A stretch of 63,231 nt of DNA, filler included, from Reticulomyxa filosa (GCA_000512085.1; 22 parts of 22 records of this genome joined end to end with filler, not necessarily neighbours in it); one strand, 5' to 3'; shown: positions 38,405 to 53,546, counted from the whole stretch's first letter. Numbers and translations: made by a program. The notes: a model not told the origin generated them from the sequence alone.

Positions 38405-39467
38405 CCAACCAAACATGAAACGGCTCTTCATCTTGCTGTTGCTTGCTTGCTGCGACGGACAACACTTGACTGTGCACGACAGCGTTGCGCGCGATCAACG
38501 GCAGAAAGGCTGCGTGCGAGTGCAGGTTCCACACGACCGTGGTGTCTTGGACCCAATTGCGACAGACCATAGACTGGTACTCCGAGTCTGTGTCGTAGGG
38601 AACGACAGGCGCTTCGACGACGCACGCTTCAGCTTGCCTTTCAACTCGCTTGGTATCTTGTGATACTCCCATACAAACCCTGGGTTCTTAAATATCCCAT
38701 CCAAACGTGCCGCGTAGTTCTCTGCTGATATGTCGATAAACACTACACGTCGGGTCACTATGCCTGCACAATCAACACACATTTTCACAATTTGATGATA
38801 CAAAGGATGTCTTTTTTTTTTAAAAAAAAATAATAAATAAAATAAAAAATACGTATACATAGATTTATTGCTCACCCAGATACATGGCACCCATATGGGC
38901 TCGCAATCGATTGCACATTTGAGCTGCTGGATACAGGATGATATACTTGCCTTTCAAGGGCGTGCTGGCGCTACTTTGGCTGTCGTGTCGCACTATCGAG
39001 CTGTGAAATTTCGCGTAACTTTGAATTATCTTTTTCATCCGCTGGTAGTCCACAGGGTCAAAGCCGTGCCATTTGCGTGACATCATGTGGTACAGGTCCT
39101 CGCTCGACAGATTCAGATCCCTTATGCTATCTGGGTAGCCTGTCCATCTCTTGTTCATTGACGTCTCTTTCTCCAACTCTTCTTTTGCTTCTTCCATTGT
39201 CTTTGTGTTTGACACACTTTGATTTGGTGACGAAACAACACTTGTCAATGGCCTTGTGTTGGATTCAATGCTCTCATTGCTCACTATCGGGGTCTCACTT
39301 TCCAAAAAGTATCGAAGCAAATACGGGTAGGTCACAAAATTTTGAATCAACAGTGTTATTAGCACCACTCCCGCCAACCACCAAAGCACTGACTTTACTC
39401 GAATATCACAAAATTCTGATATTGTTGTTGTTTGAAAGGGGGCTGTCGATGTGCGTTTATGTCTCAT
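38405..39467 (-). CDS. Type II membrane glycosyltransferase, fucosyltransferase-like, 5' part
   Basis: Short cytoplasmic tail, TM (VLWWLAGVVLITLLI) and stem, then KYIILYPAAQMCNRLRAHMGAMYLG|IVTRRVVFID, resembling the GxGNRL...LTxRxLxxD motif of GT23/GT37/NodZ-type enzymes. Frame change at the G3 run 38598-38600. Confidence 0.6.
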
Positions 39468-40984
39468 TTTTTTTTTTGTAGTTTTTTTTTTAAAAAAGTT
39501 AGCTTTGCCGTGAACGTTGTCTTGTTATTTTTGAAGAACAGCTGTCATGCTTTGCAAAGTAAAAGACGACTCCCCACAAAGAACATGTTATAAAATATGT
39601 ACTTTGCTTGGCTATCAAACATTTTTTCATTTTATTCCAACAAAATGCTCTTTAAAAAATTACTAACAAAAATTGAATAAAGCATGAAAATCAACAGTTT
39701 CAAAGAAGCCAACAATTTTTTTTTAAAAAAACGCTCTTGAGAAAAATTGAACATCTCTTCGCACGCAAGTTCGCACATTTTTCCATAAAACTGTGCAAAA
39801 AATTTTCAATTTTATCGCATTGTTGAACCTATTACAACACAAAAATCTTTTTGTGTGAAAGAACAAAAAAAAAAGAAATTGGCCCTAAAAAAAAAAGAAA
39901 TCAGAAACAGCGGAGCTGTTCTTCTCATTGAAAAAAAAATTTTGAGCTGCTTTTTTGCCCTCGAATTAACGAATGTATTTTTACTTTTATGTCGTCATTT
40001 ACAACATAATACCTACCAAACAAAAAAACTTAACTCAAAATTATAGGCATTATCAGAACAAATAAAACACCAAAACTGAAAAAGTTTAACTTGGAATTTA
40101 AAAAACTCGGGTGTGCACTTTTTTAAGCAGAAGCTGACCCTCAAACAACAAGTTCAAGTGACAACAAATAAGTATTTCATAATTAAACAAATGGAGCAGA
40201 TAAAATGTTAACATTTAACAAATACAAATATCTACAATGCAGAAGAAAACAATGAGATTATTTGCAAAAAAGTCTATTTGCTACAAATTGATAATTTTTT
40301 AAAAATTTTTGGAATTGCTATTTCCTCAATTCGGGATGACTTTTGAAATAACAATACTTCATCTTTTGTGCATTATACATTTTGTGTCACTTGCATCCAA
40401 TTGTAAAATATCCAGTTCTTTTATTATCTTTGACCATTGCCTTTCAGTTTTATCATTGTCTTTGTCTTCATTTTATCACATTTGGACAATATATTGAAAA
40501 ACAAATAAACAAATGAATAAGCAGATGAAACATAACATAATTGAACCATCCTGACTTGGGTATCTTCTTCTTTAGTCACAAACAAGATAAGATTAAAGCT
40601 AGCTTTGTAAAAGAATGAAATGAAGTTTACTAATATTTTATATTAAAATAATTTGTTTGAAATTGAGGATGACACTATATTTCATAGCGCAGTTGTTACG
40701 ATATAAGTAACTTTTTTGTTTGAGTATTTCAAATAAATTAATTGTTTAGCAAAATAGTTCTAACTTATAATCGTTTCTTTTTTCATTGGAGGGCAAAAAC
40801 TCTTATATCCAACTTAAAATGAAAATTAACAAACTCTAATCAATGTTTTTTTATTTTACAAAAACTTATCCCCAAAAACGAATCGGCATTTGCATGAACC
40901 ATAGCATAAATTAACAACACAATGATCATCATTTAACTTTTATTGATTCTTTTTTAAAAAAATAAACTTGAAACATATATTTCT

Positions 40985-41790
40985 TTATCTTCTCTTTCAT
41001 CACCTTGCGTCATATACAATTCGTTATTTGTTCGAATATCCCAAAAACTAATTGTATTATCTTCTGATCAAGAGCATATTACGTTTGAATTTCCACTAAA
41101 TTCACTATTGTTTATTACAAACGGTGAATAGTCAACAGCATGCACATAACCTGTATGCCCTTTAAATATTTGAATTTGTTGACCAGATCGGATATCCCAC
41201 AAAGAACACTTTTATCGGATGATCAATATTTTACACTACAAATTGTAACTTCATATCCTTTGAATACAATTAATCGTTTTGTTGTTTCAATATCCCATAT
41301 TTGAATGGTTTCATCATTTGATCCAGAACAAATTGTACATCCATTACCACCAATCGTGCCAGTACTATTACCATTGTTGTTATTACTTTGTAATTGTGAA
41401 ATATCAATATAATAAGCACAATTTTCATGCCCATTGAAAATATGTAATATTTTGGATGTTCCAACATCACATAAATGAATTGTTTTATCTCTAGATCCAA
41501 AAAATAAATATCTATCACAATTAAATGGTGAAAACTCAATACCATAAATTGGACTTATATATTTATTGAATATTTGTGATTGTTGATTATTTTTCATATC
41601 CCAAAAGAGAATGGTTTCATCAATTGATGAAAAACAAATAACATAACGACTGTACTTGCTTGCGATAAATTGTAATCATGAAAAATAAATACTTTCATTG
41701 CATAAAAGCAAAAAAATTAACATAACATAATTAAATTTATCAAATTAATTGTTGAATAATTAATTGGATCTCTTTTTTCTTTGACTATTC
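40985..41790 (-). pseudogene. WD40-repeat pseudogene
   Basis: Degenerate repeats (FNGHENC, ICSGSNDETIQIWDIET, FKGHTGYVHAVDYSPF, EDNTISFWDIR) broken by stops and frameshifts. Confidence 0.85.
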
Positions 41791-42639
41791 AATGCAATAA
41801 GCACGACAAGTAACAAACACTTTTATGAAAGATTGAAATGAAACTTACTAAACTTGTCGAGTTGAAGTTTGTTTTTCATTGCCCTGAGTGGTCATTGCTT
41901 TTTTTTTCTTTTTGAGACGCTCAGATGACGCAATAGGAAAAAATGAGATTTTTTTTTCGAGATCAACACAGGGACTACCAAAAAAAACATTACAACAAAA
42001 ATAAAGTCAACAATACTGATATTGTATTTTTTTTAAGCATTCCTTGCTAAAAAATCAATTGAAAGAATAATCTGTATATTTCTTTTTTTCTCCTAATCGT
42101 AGTTTGTCAAAAGTGCATTCAACTGATAAGCGGTCCCTTTTCGCTCGTTCCTAGAAAAAACTGTTAAAAAGGTCAGATCCATGTTTTTAAATAAAATCAT
42201 TTTTCTCGTAAAGAAAAAGTTTGAAAATTTTTTTTTAAACAAAAAAAATACTTATCATGAATAACATCTAATTTGTGTTTTAATGTATTGCAAAAGTTTT
42301 TGTTGAATATGCTTTACTTTCATGGGAAAAAAATCAATAATATTCATAAAGCATCGTTTTATGTGCAACTTTCTTTTTTTATTCTACTATAACTCTACAT
42401 GCACATAGGGCAATTAAGTAGAAAATTACAAGTACCATGAATTATATCCAAAGATTATAAGGCCAAATGGTTAATGCAAAGAAAATTTTTAAATGACTTT
42501 TTATACAAGTATAAAAAATATCAACGAATTATTTGTTTTGTTTTATATATTTTAAAAAAATAGTAAATTTCATGATGAAAAACATATTTAATGATATCAT
42601 GATTAACATATATTTTAATTTTGCTTCTTCAAATTTATT

Positions 42640-43894
42640 TCATCTTATATATTTCATAATAATTTTATCAAAATCATCAATCCATCCAAATTCTATTTGT
42701 AAAGTTCGAATCCAATGTGCAATGTTAAATTTTATTTCATTTTTTGACTATTCATTTTATTATTATTTATTATTTGTTATTTTTCAAACAGTTTCATACA
42801 ATTTTTTGTTTCATCAAAACAAATAAATAACAAATAAACAAATTATTACCAATTGTGAAGGATCCCATTCACGCACTTTAGTCTTTATGTGGGTTAGTGA
42901 TATTATCTTTTTATCATCTTCTCCTCCAATGATGTATATGTGATTGTCTTCTTCACTTAATATTGCAACAAAATTACACAATGGACTGGGTAAAGTGTTT
43001 TGAAATATCATCCATTTATTTTCTCGAATTGAATACTTGTGCACAAATTTTGAACAAGTGCGATTACCATATCCGCCAAAGAACAATATGATATCATTGA
43101 TACACACATATGCATATGCATAAAATGGTGCAATATCCTTACAAACAGGTATTTGATGAAATTGAAAAGTGTTGTTATCTTCATCATATTCAATTGATAA
43201 TCCTGTCTTAAAACAAAACAACAGCATTTGATAATTTCGTTTATTTTTTTTTTCATTTGTTTTTATCATTTCTTGTACTTGTCCATTTTCTGGATTTGAT
43301 ACAAAGCAATGATAATAAATATGATTATCAATTGGTAAATTATCATGCTTAATAAATTGAAATGTATTTAAATCAAACACACTAATGTTTTGTAATTGAT
43401 AAGTGATAAATAACAAATGATTGTTGCTTCCACTAATCACTGCACGTACTCCAATATAATTATCATAATCATTTCCAATTTGAATTTGATGATTGTGATT
43501 GTCTGTGAAAGGAACCCATTCATTGTAATTGTTTGATTTGTTAAATTTATTTAATTTCTTTGATTTATTCATTTCATTTTCACTCCAAACACTTACATAC
43601 TCCATCATCAATGTGTGTCTTTTTTGTATGTGGAGATCCACCAAAAGACAATAAAGTGATTTGGTTAATGTCTTTGTTGTTATCCACTAGTTTCACTACA
43701 CAATGTCCAATTAATTCAACGTCACCTGGATACTCACAGATAAGCTTGTATTCGTTTTTGATTGTATGATAAGAATAACAAGCTCTTTGTTGATAACCTC
43801 CACAAATGAGGAGTTCGTGTTTGTGTAGCACACATTGAGATTCAACAAGTGGAGTGGGTAACTCCTTCAAAGTTTGAAAGATTTGGTTGCTCAT
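42640..43894 (-). CDS. Kelch-like beta-propeller protein of the expanded family
   Basis: Close paralog of 34496-35812. One extra base in the T6 run at 43620-43625. Last exon 42747-42640 reads SKNEIKFNIAHWIRTLQIEFGWIDDFDKIIMKYIR*. Confidence 0.85.
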
Positions 43895-44458
43895 TTTGTT
43901 AATGTTGAGGAACTATGAATTAGTTTAGATTTTTTTACATGAAAAGACTATCCCTTTAAAACTAAAAGAAAACGTATAATTTGACTATTTTATATGTTTT
44001 GTTTTCAATTTAAGCAACTTTTGAAGGTATGTTTGCCCAGATTAAAATGATTGAAAAAAAATCCTAAAATTTTTTGCTTCATGTTCTCCTTTTTGTTACC
44101 GACAATAGCACAATTATGAAAATAAACTAATGTATTTTACAGACTATCATTTTGAAAGTTAAGTATTATTTACTATAACGTACTTAAGTCTCTGATTGAA
44201 AAACATCACTTTTGACGGGACGCAAGTGGTGCAAACTAAAAGAAGGTGAAACAGCCACATTCAATACAAAACCTTTTTAATTATTCAATCTTTCAATGCA
44301 AAATTTTTATAAACAAGTTATTCAAGTAAGTTTTGCAACGAACAATACCCAAAGAACGGAATTTGAACAAAAAAGTTCACCCTTCAAGCATGCTTCCCTT
44401 TTGTTTAAGATATATACAGCAGTTAACACTTCCTTTTCAAAGACCACTTTTTGATTTA

Positions 44459-44613
44459 TACAGTAGGTTGCAAAGAAAACTGAACGCATAAAACGATATC
44501 ATATGATGATAATTGATTTTCTCCATGAAAAATAAACATTTAGACCTAATTTTTTTTTATTTTTAAAAAAATATATACAAATCTTGTAGTTTTTAAATAT
44601 GAAATTGGTTTTT
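44459..44613 (+). mobile_element. Terminal inverted repeat of a Tc1/mariner-like element (rest lost at contig end)
   Basis: TA|CAGTAGGTTGCAAA...AATTGATTTTCTCCATGAAAAAT...ATCTTGTAGTTTTTAAATATGAAATTGGTTTT matches the reverse complement of 58301-58445. Confidence 0.8.
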
Positions 44614-44713
44614 NNNNNNNNNNNNNNNNNNNNNNNNNNNNNNNNNNNNNNNNNNNNTTAATTAATTAANNNNNNNNNNNNNNNNNNNNNNNNNNNNNNN
44701 NNNNNNNNNNNNN

Positions 44714-44754
<41 letters not shown>

Positions 44755-44771
44755 GTTACATTTGAATCAAA

Positions 44772-46562
44772 GTGCTGAATGTAAACCGCACCTCTGTGAA
44801 ATTTGGACAATTGTCCGAGTGTCGATCACACTCGAGAGAAGCTCTGCTTTGTGTCCAAAGATTAAACGCCGCGATGGATAATACCAACGCTTCCTTGTCG
44901 ACAATGGAAAAAGTGGAACATATGAACTCTTTGTTGAATCGGGAATCTCAAGCTTTTGAAGAAGGACTTGTCACTTATTTGAATAAAACGTGTCAGGCCG
45001 TTCGAGATATTGTCACACTCATCAATCCGATTCAGTTAATTTGGAAAACGAGAGAGAGAGAAGGGGAAAAAAAAAGGAAGAAAGACCTACTATTAATAAA
45101 ATGTCTAAACAAATGGACAACACAATCATTAAGCATAACCATAATTACACATAGTTTGCGTCCTGCACAACGACAGATGAACTGCCGGCATTGCGTCGGA
45201 ACGATCTAGAAGAGGAAATGAGTCTTCCGTACTGGGAAGTCCTCTCCGAAAGTGTCCGTGAAACGATCAACAAAGCGTATGACCTGAAAGAGGCGATGGA
45301 AAACAAAGAGCAAGAATTGATTGGCGAGCGGCAACTTGTATTTGATTTACAAAAGTCAATCGAAGAAAAAAACAATTCCATTTTGATACTGAAACAACAG
45401 CTTGAAAAGCGAGAACACCATGTCTTGGATTTGAGTACGTCGCAAATTAAGTGTTCTGAGCTAGAAAAACAATTGCAACAACATGTCGCCGCATTACAAC
45501 AAACAACAGTTATTTCATATTTGTATATGTATACATTTTATCTCATCCACGGCATTTATTAAATACAAAAAAAAAAAAAAAAAATATGTATACGTCAATG
45601 GAAAAAATACAGACACAAAATGAAGCCTTGCAACTGGAAATTGGCTATTTGTCGATGCAGATTCAAAACTTTGCGCAGTATCAGACGATCGTTTCACCAT
45701 CAGTTCAAGTCTCTTGGGAAGAGATTCCATATATTCGGCTGTTGCATCGAACCATTTATGCTCTGCGCAGAAGGCTAAATGTGCTTCGGACGAATCGAGA
45801 AATACAATGTCTCAACTTAAATCTCAAGCCTCTGCCAAAACGACTCATTGCTCGAGATGTGGAACTAAAGCACATAGCAACGATGATGGACGAATTTGAC
45901 ACATCTCAATTACCACATGAATCGATTGTTGGAGGAATGGGAATGGAGAATGGACATTTGCAAATGTTCAGAAATGTCTTAAGCACTGATCCGACCTCGA
46001 GCATTGTCGGAAATGTGGCATTTGAGTTCGATCGAACGAATAGGTCCATAGCGAAAAATGTTTGTCAGACGGCTCTTTTTCGATAACGTCCAGTTGTGAG
46101 TTGGGATATACCGATTCCATTGATCCTGATTTATTCCAGAAATTACAACAATTAAACTCAAAAGTCGAACATCTACGTGCCAATCCCCGCGTCATTGATA
46201 TCACTTCCCATACGATTACCACTCAAATACACGAAATCGTTGGACGGCGTATTGAACTTCGCCAATTGCAGCTGTGTTGTGAACAAATTAACACAAAAAT
46301 AGAGGTAGCTTTGCTTTTTTTTTTTATATATAGATTAAGAGATTGTAAAATGAAGAGTCTTTTGATGTTGTATTCCCTGGAATAGCAAGCAAAAGAATCC
46401 AGCAGAACATTCGAAGAAGAAAAAGCATCTAATTCTTCTGGTTCTGTATTTGGTGAAATAAAATTACCAAGATATGACCATAACCGTAACTTGCCACAAA
46501 ACCTATCTGTTATTGTTCCGATGTATGATTTGACCAAACTGCAACATATATTCGGTATTTAA
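44772..46562 (+). CDS. DCTN1: Dynactin p150Glued-like protein, C-terminal part
   Basis: PYWEVLSESVRETINKAYDLKEAMENKEQE coiled coil, LHRTIYALRRRLNVLR...LKPLP, ANPRVIDIT and terminal FGEIKLP...DLTKLQHIF occur in the order of the p150 C-terminal motifs. Frame break at the T5 run 46076-46080. Confidence 0.62.
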
Positions 46563-47596
46563 CGATAATAAAAAAATGCGATATTTTTATAAATAGACTA
46601 GTGATTGAACACTACGTCCTCAAATAAAATTCGTGTTGTTTAAAGCCCTTTTATTGTTTTTGCATGTTTGCAACAATTTCTACAATGTTTTTGGTGGATA
46701 ATTAAAAATACAAGAAAATTTTGACCAGTATTCTTTTTGAAAGAAAGGCCTCCAATTAAGATGTAAATAAATTTTGTGACACTAACGCACTAAAGTCGAC
46801 TACAATACTTTCAAGTCAGAACGGCTGTAAAGTTTTCCTTTTTTTCGTTTCTACCCAACATAAAGGAAAAAAATCTGATAAAAAAGAAAAAGGGACTTCA
46901 AACATGAATAAAAATTTCGTGTAAATCATAAACATTACTTGAGATAATTTATTAAGGTGGCCAGACAAGAGACAGAAAACGACGCCAAGCCCAACAACAG
47001 CGACGAGTGATATAGCCAACGAACGTGAAAACCGCAAAAAAAAAGAGTATAAAAGTCTTTTTGTTAGATATGATTTTTTAGAAGAAGTAACATAATCAAA
47101 AAGCATCATATTTGAAAATTAAATTGGAAAACTTATTTCTCTTACTCATTTATATCAACAAAAGAATAATTACTATTGGAAGTGATATCTCTACATTTAA
47201 TTTGATTATCATCTTCCAATAAATTTTTTTGTCTTTGTTGTTTGGCCAAATACTTTTTTTTTTTGTATCAGATAAGCCCTTAACCTTATCAGCAGTCCAA
47301 GCAGATCTTTGTCGAGCACTTTTCGCGTGGGTCTTCTTTGAAGATCAAGTTAAAGTCAAAGGTCGAGCAGACGGAACGAGAATTGAAGAGGCTGTGGTCG
47401 ATCATGTTAAACAAGAAAAACTTGTATGAGTGGGAGGAGCTGAAACAGAAGGAAANNNNNNNNNNNNNNNNNNNNNNNNNNNNNNNNNNNNNNNNNNNNT
47501 TAATTAATTAANNNNNNNNNNNNNNNNNNNNNNNNNNNNNNNNNNNNNNNNNNNNTATATGTATATGTATGTATATGTATATGTATATGTATATAC

Positions 47597-48782
47597 ATAT
47601 ATGTATATATAATAACATTTTTGTAGATATGATGAAAGGCCAAACAAGCACCCAATCGTTTATGCGGAGAAGAATGTTTAAGCAAGGCATAAAGCCTGCG
47701 AAGCAAGGAGCGTATATTGAGAGCACCTTTGGTAGCGCCTTTGTGTTTCAACGACCAAGCAAAGAACTCGGCGATGCATTCGCCGCAGAAATCGCGCAAA
47801 GCGCTGTCTTGCGAATCGCCCAAGGCGTCGCTGACGGCCTCGAGTAGAGCCAGTGTCTCTTCGTTGTCTTGACTGACATTTTGAGTGAACCAATGAATAA
47901 GTTGTTTGACCAAAGGACGGAACATTTGCTGCGCGACTTGTTCCGTGTCCACGGCCAATCTGAGCAGCACAGGGAACAAATGGGAATAGATTTTGTGATA
48001 CTCCGAGTGTCTTTGTTTGTGTTTTTCGATATTTGGATCGCTGGCATTGTCTGACACCATTTTCACCATAATGGCATGAATGGCTTCGCACGCTGCAACT
48101 TTGGTTCGTCGATCGCTGCAATTCTGCGCCAATTCTGCAATGCGAGGAAGCAATGGGTCCAAATATACTGTCAATTTCGTCTCGGGAAATGCCCATTGAT
48201 ACTGCACTCGCAATTGGGTGTCCCATGCTACAATGTCACGATTCATTGACACTCCACGTCCTGCTGCCTCTGCCGCACTTAGCAATTGCGTATCTCTCGA
48301 CTTCCACGATAACATGCTTTGGTTTCTTCCTCCCAATTTCCCTAAAAATGCCAGTATACGTCCGATCAATCTGCGCTTGCGCTCGTATTCAACTACATTC
48401 CCACCACTGCGACTCACTCCATCTCGACCTTTCTTTTTTTCACTCACTCTGTTTTTATTGGCTCTATTGTCACGATCCTCCTTTTTATTGTCATTGTCGT
48501 TCTCTTTCCCATCTGGCTCCAACTCTTTTTCTTCCTCCTCTTCCTCCGTTTTGCCCTCGTCTATGCCCGCCGTCGATATCCCCGCGACCTGCGTTTTCGT
48601 AATGAACAAGTATGGCTGCAAGTACGGCAACACCACATCCAAATGTGGAGCCAGGTCCTTCCCGTATCGATCCCACCACTTTTCCAATACCGAAATGCTC
48701 AACTCGCCTGCTGGGATAAAGCTCAGTCCAATCTTTTTACATTTGCACAAACGTATACAAATTAATGATTAAATAAATAAAC

Positions 48783-48818
<36 letters not shown>

Positions 48819-49925
48819 GCATATATGAATGAAGTAACTTTGAGTGCTTTAATTAAAGCAGGGATTAAATGTTGCAACGGCACAAAGGTGGGTGGGATAT
48901 TTAGCAACAATTCGGTGCACGCATATAACAATTCGTCGCGATAGGCTTGTAGCTTTGACACGCATTGCTCAATGAACTTTCGAATTAGATTTTTGTAATA
49001 ATAATCCAATTTGATTTTTCGAAGCGATTCGAGTGCATTGCTTTTGTCAATGTTATTGTTATTGTTATTGTTATTGCTATTATCATTGCCATTGTCATTA
49101 TCATTGTCATTGTCATTGTCATTGTCATTATCATCGATGCATTCCATTTGCTCATTGAAATTCAACACACTCATATCTGCATTGTCGATGCTGGCATTGT
49201 AAAACACTGCAAAGATGGCCTTCAAAATTTTATAGAGCCCACTGATAAGCGGATTGAAGTTGGACTTTTCGATCAGCGTTTCGATGTACTCCAACGCCCA
49301 GTGTTGGAAGGGTATGAAAAAGGGGTTCACAAAGTTGGGCTTGTCGACGTCGTTGGCCTTGGCATCGGCGTCGTCATTGGCGGCAATCACGGTCAAATTG
49401 TAAATGGTCGGCAATTGGTGCACGCACAGCTTCGCCAAAAACAACTGCGTAAATTCGACATAGTTCAAGAACAGCTCCATATCCGACGGGTTGTTCAGCA
49501 CGATATTGTCAGTACTCCCATAATGGACTGTGACCAAAGAGAGGTCGGGTTCATCGACAGACTCGTGCATGTTCGTGCCGACCGAGTCTTTCAATTGGAA
49601 CTTCAAATTGAATTGCGACACCATGGACACGAGATGGAAGAGGACGGAATTGAACAGCGACACGCGCATGCCGGACAAGGTGGATCGGAGCTGATCGAAA
49701 GGGATCGTTAGACCTGTGTGCCAGTTGCTCGTTTTATGAGGGTCGTGAATTGGACCACCTTCGAGCTCATCGAATCCATACAATAGCAGGCCACGCCATA
49801 GCAAATAATACTCTTCGTAGCACTTTCGAACACGTATCCCACTCACATTATTCTTTTGATCCAGCATCCAGCCACCAACATTTTCTTCCAACGTTGTGAT
49901 CGAATATACTAATCCTCGATAGACT
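47597..49925 (-). CDS. PRKDC: DNA-dependent protein kinase catalytic subunit, internal HEAT-region fragment
   Basis: PLISGLYKIL, YRDELLYAC, FLGKLGG, YLDPLLPRIAELAQNCSDRRTKVAACE, LFPVLLRLAVD, PLVKQLIHWFT, LRDFCGECIAEFFAWSLK and KRLGACLAF. Confidence 0.93.
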
Positions 49926-49975
49926 ATTCAAAACAATACAATAAATACATATATACATACATATATATATGTATA

Positions 49976-50014
<39 letters not shown>

Positions 50015-50155
50015 NNNNNNNNNNNNNNNNNNNNNNNNNNNNNNNNNNNNNNNNNNNNTTAATTAATTAANNNNNNNNNNNNNNNNNNNNNNNNNNNNNN
50101 NNNNNNNNNNNNNNAAAAAAAAAAAAAAAAAGGCACAAAAAATAAGCAAAAAAGT

Positions 50156-50436
50156 GTGGTGGATGAACTGACGAAATTTGCAGAGTGGTCAATGCAGAGA
50201 AATGGATTCTTTCATAGCGACCCCAAAGCCGAGGCGTTGGCGGCATTTGGTCGTCCAACGGCGCATATATCGCCCGAGGACGAAGACGTGCAGCCCGTTC
50301 CATTCAAGGAGTCAGCGTACGCGACCAACTTTAACTCCGAGTTTTGGAAACTGCCCTCACTCGTGAAGGAAGATGCAATCGGTTCGAAGAAGATGAAGAA
50401 GAAGAAGGAGAATATGAAGATGAAGGAGAAGATGAA

Positions 50437-50468
<32 letters not shown>

Positions 50469-52128
50469 CGACGTTGAAGACAGAACCCACAGACAACGAT
50501 AAACTATTGCAAGAGGCAAAGGAAAGCTTCTTCAAAACGAAGCGTAAAAAGCAGCGCATTTACGAAGTGGGCGCGTTCCAAACGGGGGTGTGTCGGTGTA
50601 ACTGCATCGACTCGTTGGACCGCACGAACGTGGCGCAGTTTATCATCGGAAAGGTGGCTTTGGGCTATCAACTGTGTGCCATGGGCTTGTTGGACACGCC
50701 CTGGCTGGACAGACAATCGGAGTGATTCGCGTGCTATTGCAAATGTACGAACGCATGGGCGACTGCTTGGCACTTCAGTACGGAGGATCGCAAATGCATC
50801 GACAAATGAAAAAAGACCACGCTGAGGCACGCAGTATGGCTCCAGTGTTGTATCAGCAACGAGGAGATGGCCGGTCTCGTCCCAAAGAAATGCTCATTTC
50901 GTTTTTACGCCATTACGAAAACAACTTCAAAGACAATGTGAAACAGGACGCCATGAATCTATTCCTTGGAATATTCCAACCCGATCCAAATGTCAATAGC
51001 GGTCGTCTGTGGGAGTTGGGCTCCGATTACTACCTGCATAATCGACTTGTCAAAATTTACAAGCAGACCCCGCCGCCTTTGAATTTGGACCCGGCGTGGT
51101 GGATCGCTTCCGTGTTCGGTTTTTACAAGACGTTTGTCCATTGCTATCAATACTCGATGACCGAGCGCTTCATTCTGCCGCCGTCCAAATGTGTGCCATT
51201 GCTCCAGCCTGTGACGTCAGCGATCTTGTCTTATCTGTTGCTTCAAGAAAGTACCATTCGAGCAATTGGAGAGGAAAAGGAAAAGAAAAAGGAACAAGAT
51301 AAAAAAGATAAAAAAGAAAAAGAAGAAGAAGAAGAAGAAGAAGAAGAAGAAGAGAAACATGTCGGAGATGAACAAATAATTATGCTTCGTAAGCAAATGC
51401 TGAGCACTCGGAATCGTCGCCGATGCGTTCTTACTCAGAACGATTTATTCTATCAACTCACTTTTAACACGTCGCAACTCACTTGCTTCGACGATGAGCT
51501 GCGCATGTCTTGCAACGCGCGAACCAAGATTCTGCTGTATCCGCCTGAAGGGTATTTCCTGAAACACTCGCTGTTCTATAACAATGACGACAACAAACAC
51601 AACTTGTCTTTGGACAATGCTCGGAGCGAAAAGACCAATATTGCTCGACTGGCTCCATTGCTGGAAAAAGACAAGGACAAGGGCAAGGACAAAGACAAAG
51701 ACAAAGACAAAGACAAAGATATGTCTTCTACGCCTCGACCCGAACGCAGTGAATCCAAACACAAGAGTAGCGACAGCACTAGCAAGACCAACTTTGGGGA
51801 CCCCAAGCTGAACAAGGCCAAGTCGACCAGTAGAGAGCGTGCTGACACGCTGGGGTCGACCAAAAGCGTTAGCGAGTCACTCATTAGCGATCGCGAAGTT
51901 TGACGAAAAAGGCATCGGCGAATGGAACCCCGATGGCATTGGGCTTCATGCCATGCCGTCCACAAACCTAAGAGAGTACACTGCAAGTGTATCCTCGTCT
52001 CGAGATTTGACTCAGTCCAAATCCCCCACTCCAACTGGAAATATTCACACAATCGCTACTGCAACGACCCACACCCATGGCTATAATAGCCATGGTCACA
52101 GCCACAATTACAATAATAATAATAATAA

Positions 52129-52200
<72 letters not shown>
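50156..52200 (+). CDS. FIG4: SAC-domain PI(3,5)P2 5-phosphatase FIG4, 3' portion
   Basis: [17 protein letters not shown] (CX5R), [39 protein letters not shown] and [11 protein letters not shown]. Frame breaks near 50718-50722 and 51900. Confidence 0.88.
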
Positions 52201-52301
52201 NNNNNNNNNNNNNNNNNNNNNNNNNNNNNNNNNNNNNNNNNNNNTTAATTAATTAANNNNNNNNNNNNNNNNNNNNNNNNNNNNNNNNNNNNNNNNNNNN
52301 T

Positions 52302-52337
<36 letters not shown>

Positions 52338-52338
52338 G

Positions 52339-53370
52339 ATGACAACGAACTGGAAGAGATGATTGCCGAAGAAAGCAAAAAAGAAAAACGCCGAGACAGT
52401 AGCAAAAAGAGTCAAAAAAGAAACACAGCAAGTAGTGTGAGTCCTGGAAAAGGCCGGTATGGGAAAAACGCGACGAACGAGATAAGAGAAGAGGCAGGAG
52501 CCAACAGAAGTGATAATGATAGTGATGAAAGTTTTGACGATGACAATGGCGATGACAAAGACTTAGAAGTGCCAATGCCGTCGTCAAGAGCGTCTAGAGC
52601 CCTTAATGAAAGACTAGCTCAAATTGCTTTGAACGGAGGCAAATACAAAACAAAAGAATCGAAAAAAACTTGGAGGCCACAAAAGCGGTTAAATCAAGAT
52701 GCCAATGCTGGCATTGCAATCAAGGCACCGGTGGTGCAAGGATCGCGATCCACTCCAGGAACACCTCTTTTCGATGGCAGTGGGGAGGACATCACCTTGT
52801 ATGTGGTTGTTTTTTTTTTTTGGAAAAAGTAATAGATCTTTTCTAACTTACGCATACACAAAAAAAATTCTTTTTTTTTTTTTTTTTTGCACCATTCTTA
52901 TATGACGTTTTTCCTGTACATGAATGGGGTGACATTTTTGTAACTTATATGATTTTTCCTTCCCTCTCCCCCTCCCCCCCCTCCTCCTTCTCCGTCTATT
53001 CATCAACCTCAGAAACGGGACCAAACCAAAGCTATCGGCAGTAAGCAACTCGGAACATTTATGGAACCAACAATCAAGAATCTTTCAATATCCGGCGTCT
53101 GCGCGAGCTGCAAATCAGGATGAAACGAAAAAAAAGCATAAAAATTATTATTCAAATGACATGGTGAATACTGATAACAAAAACGCTTTTCCACAAATTC
53201 CTCATGCGGATCAACCATTTGGTCAGCTTTTCATACCAAATACAACTTCTATTGATCAAAAATCGAGCGCGAATGAAGAGGAGGAGAAAAGAGAACCAAA
53301 AGACCCTTTCCCAGCTTTTTTAATGAGAAGTATCTCTGCAAAGCACTCCATTTACGATAACAGACCTGCT
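52339..53370 (+). CDS. Hypothetical multi-exon protein fragment
   Basis: Charged low-complexity exons bounded by AG/GT. No domain recognised. Confidence 0.4.
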
Positions 53371-53546
53371 GTTCCGTTTGTTTTTTATTGTTTAAAAACA
53401 AAAACAAAAACAAAAANNNNNNNNNNNNNNNNNNNNNNNNNNNNNNNNNNNNNNNNNNNNTTAATTAATTAANNNNNNNNNNNNNNNNNNNNNNNNNNNN
53501 NNNNNNNNNNNNNNNNTTTTTTTTTTTTTTTAAATATCTATCAATT

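Noticed and set aside
52112-52200. (AAT)n, (TA)n, (TATG)n and poly-A/T tracts
   Set aside because: Ordinary microsatellites in introns and low-complexity coding regions; they mostly mark contig breaks.
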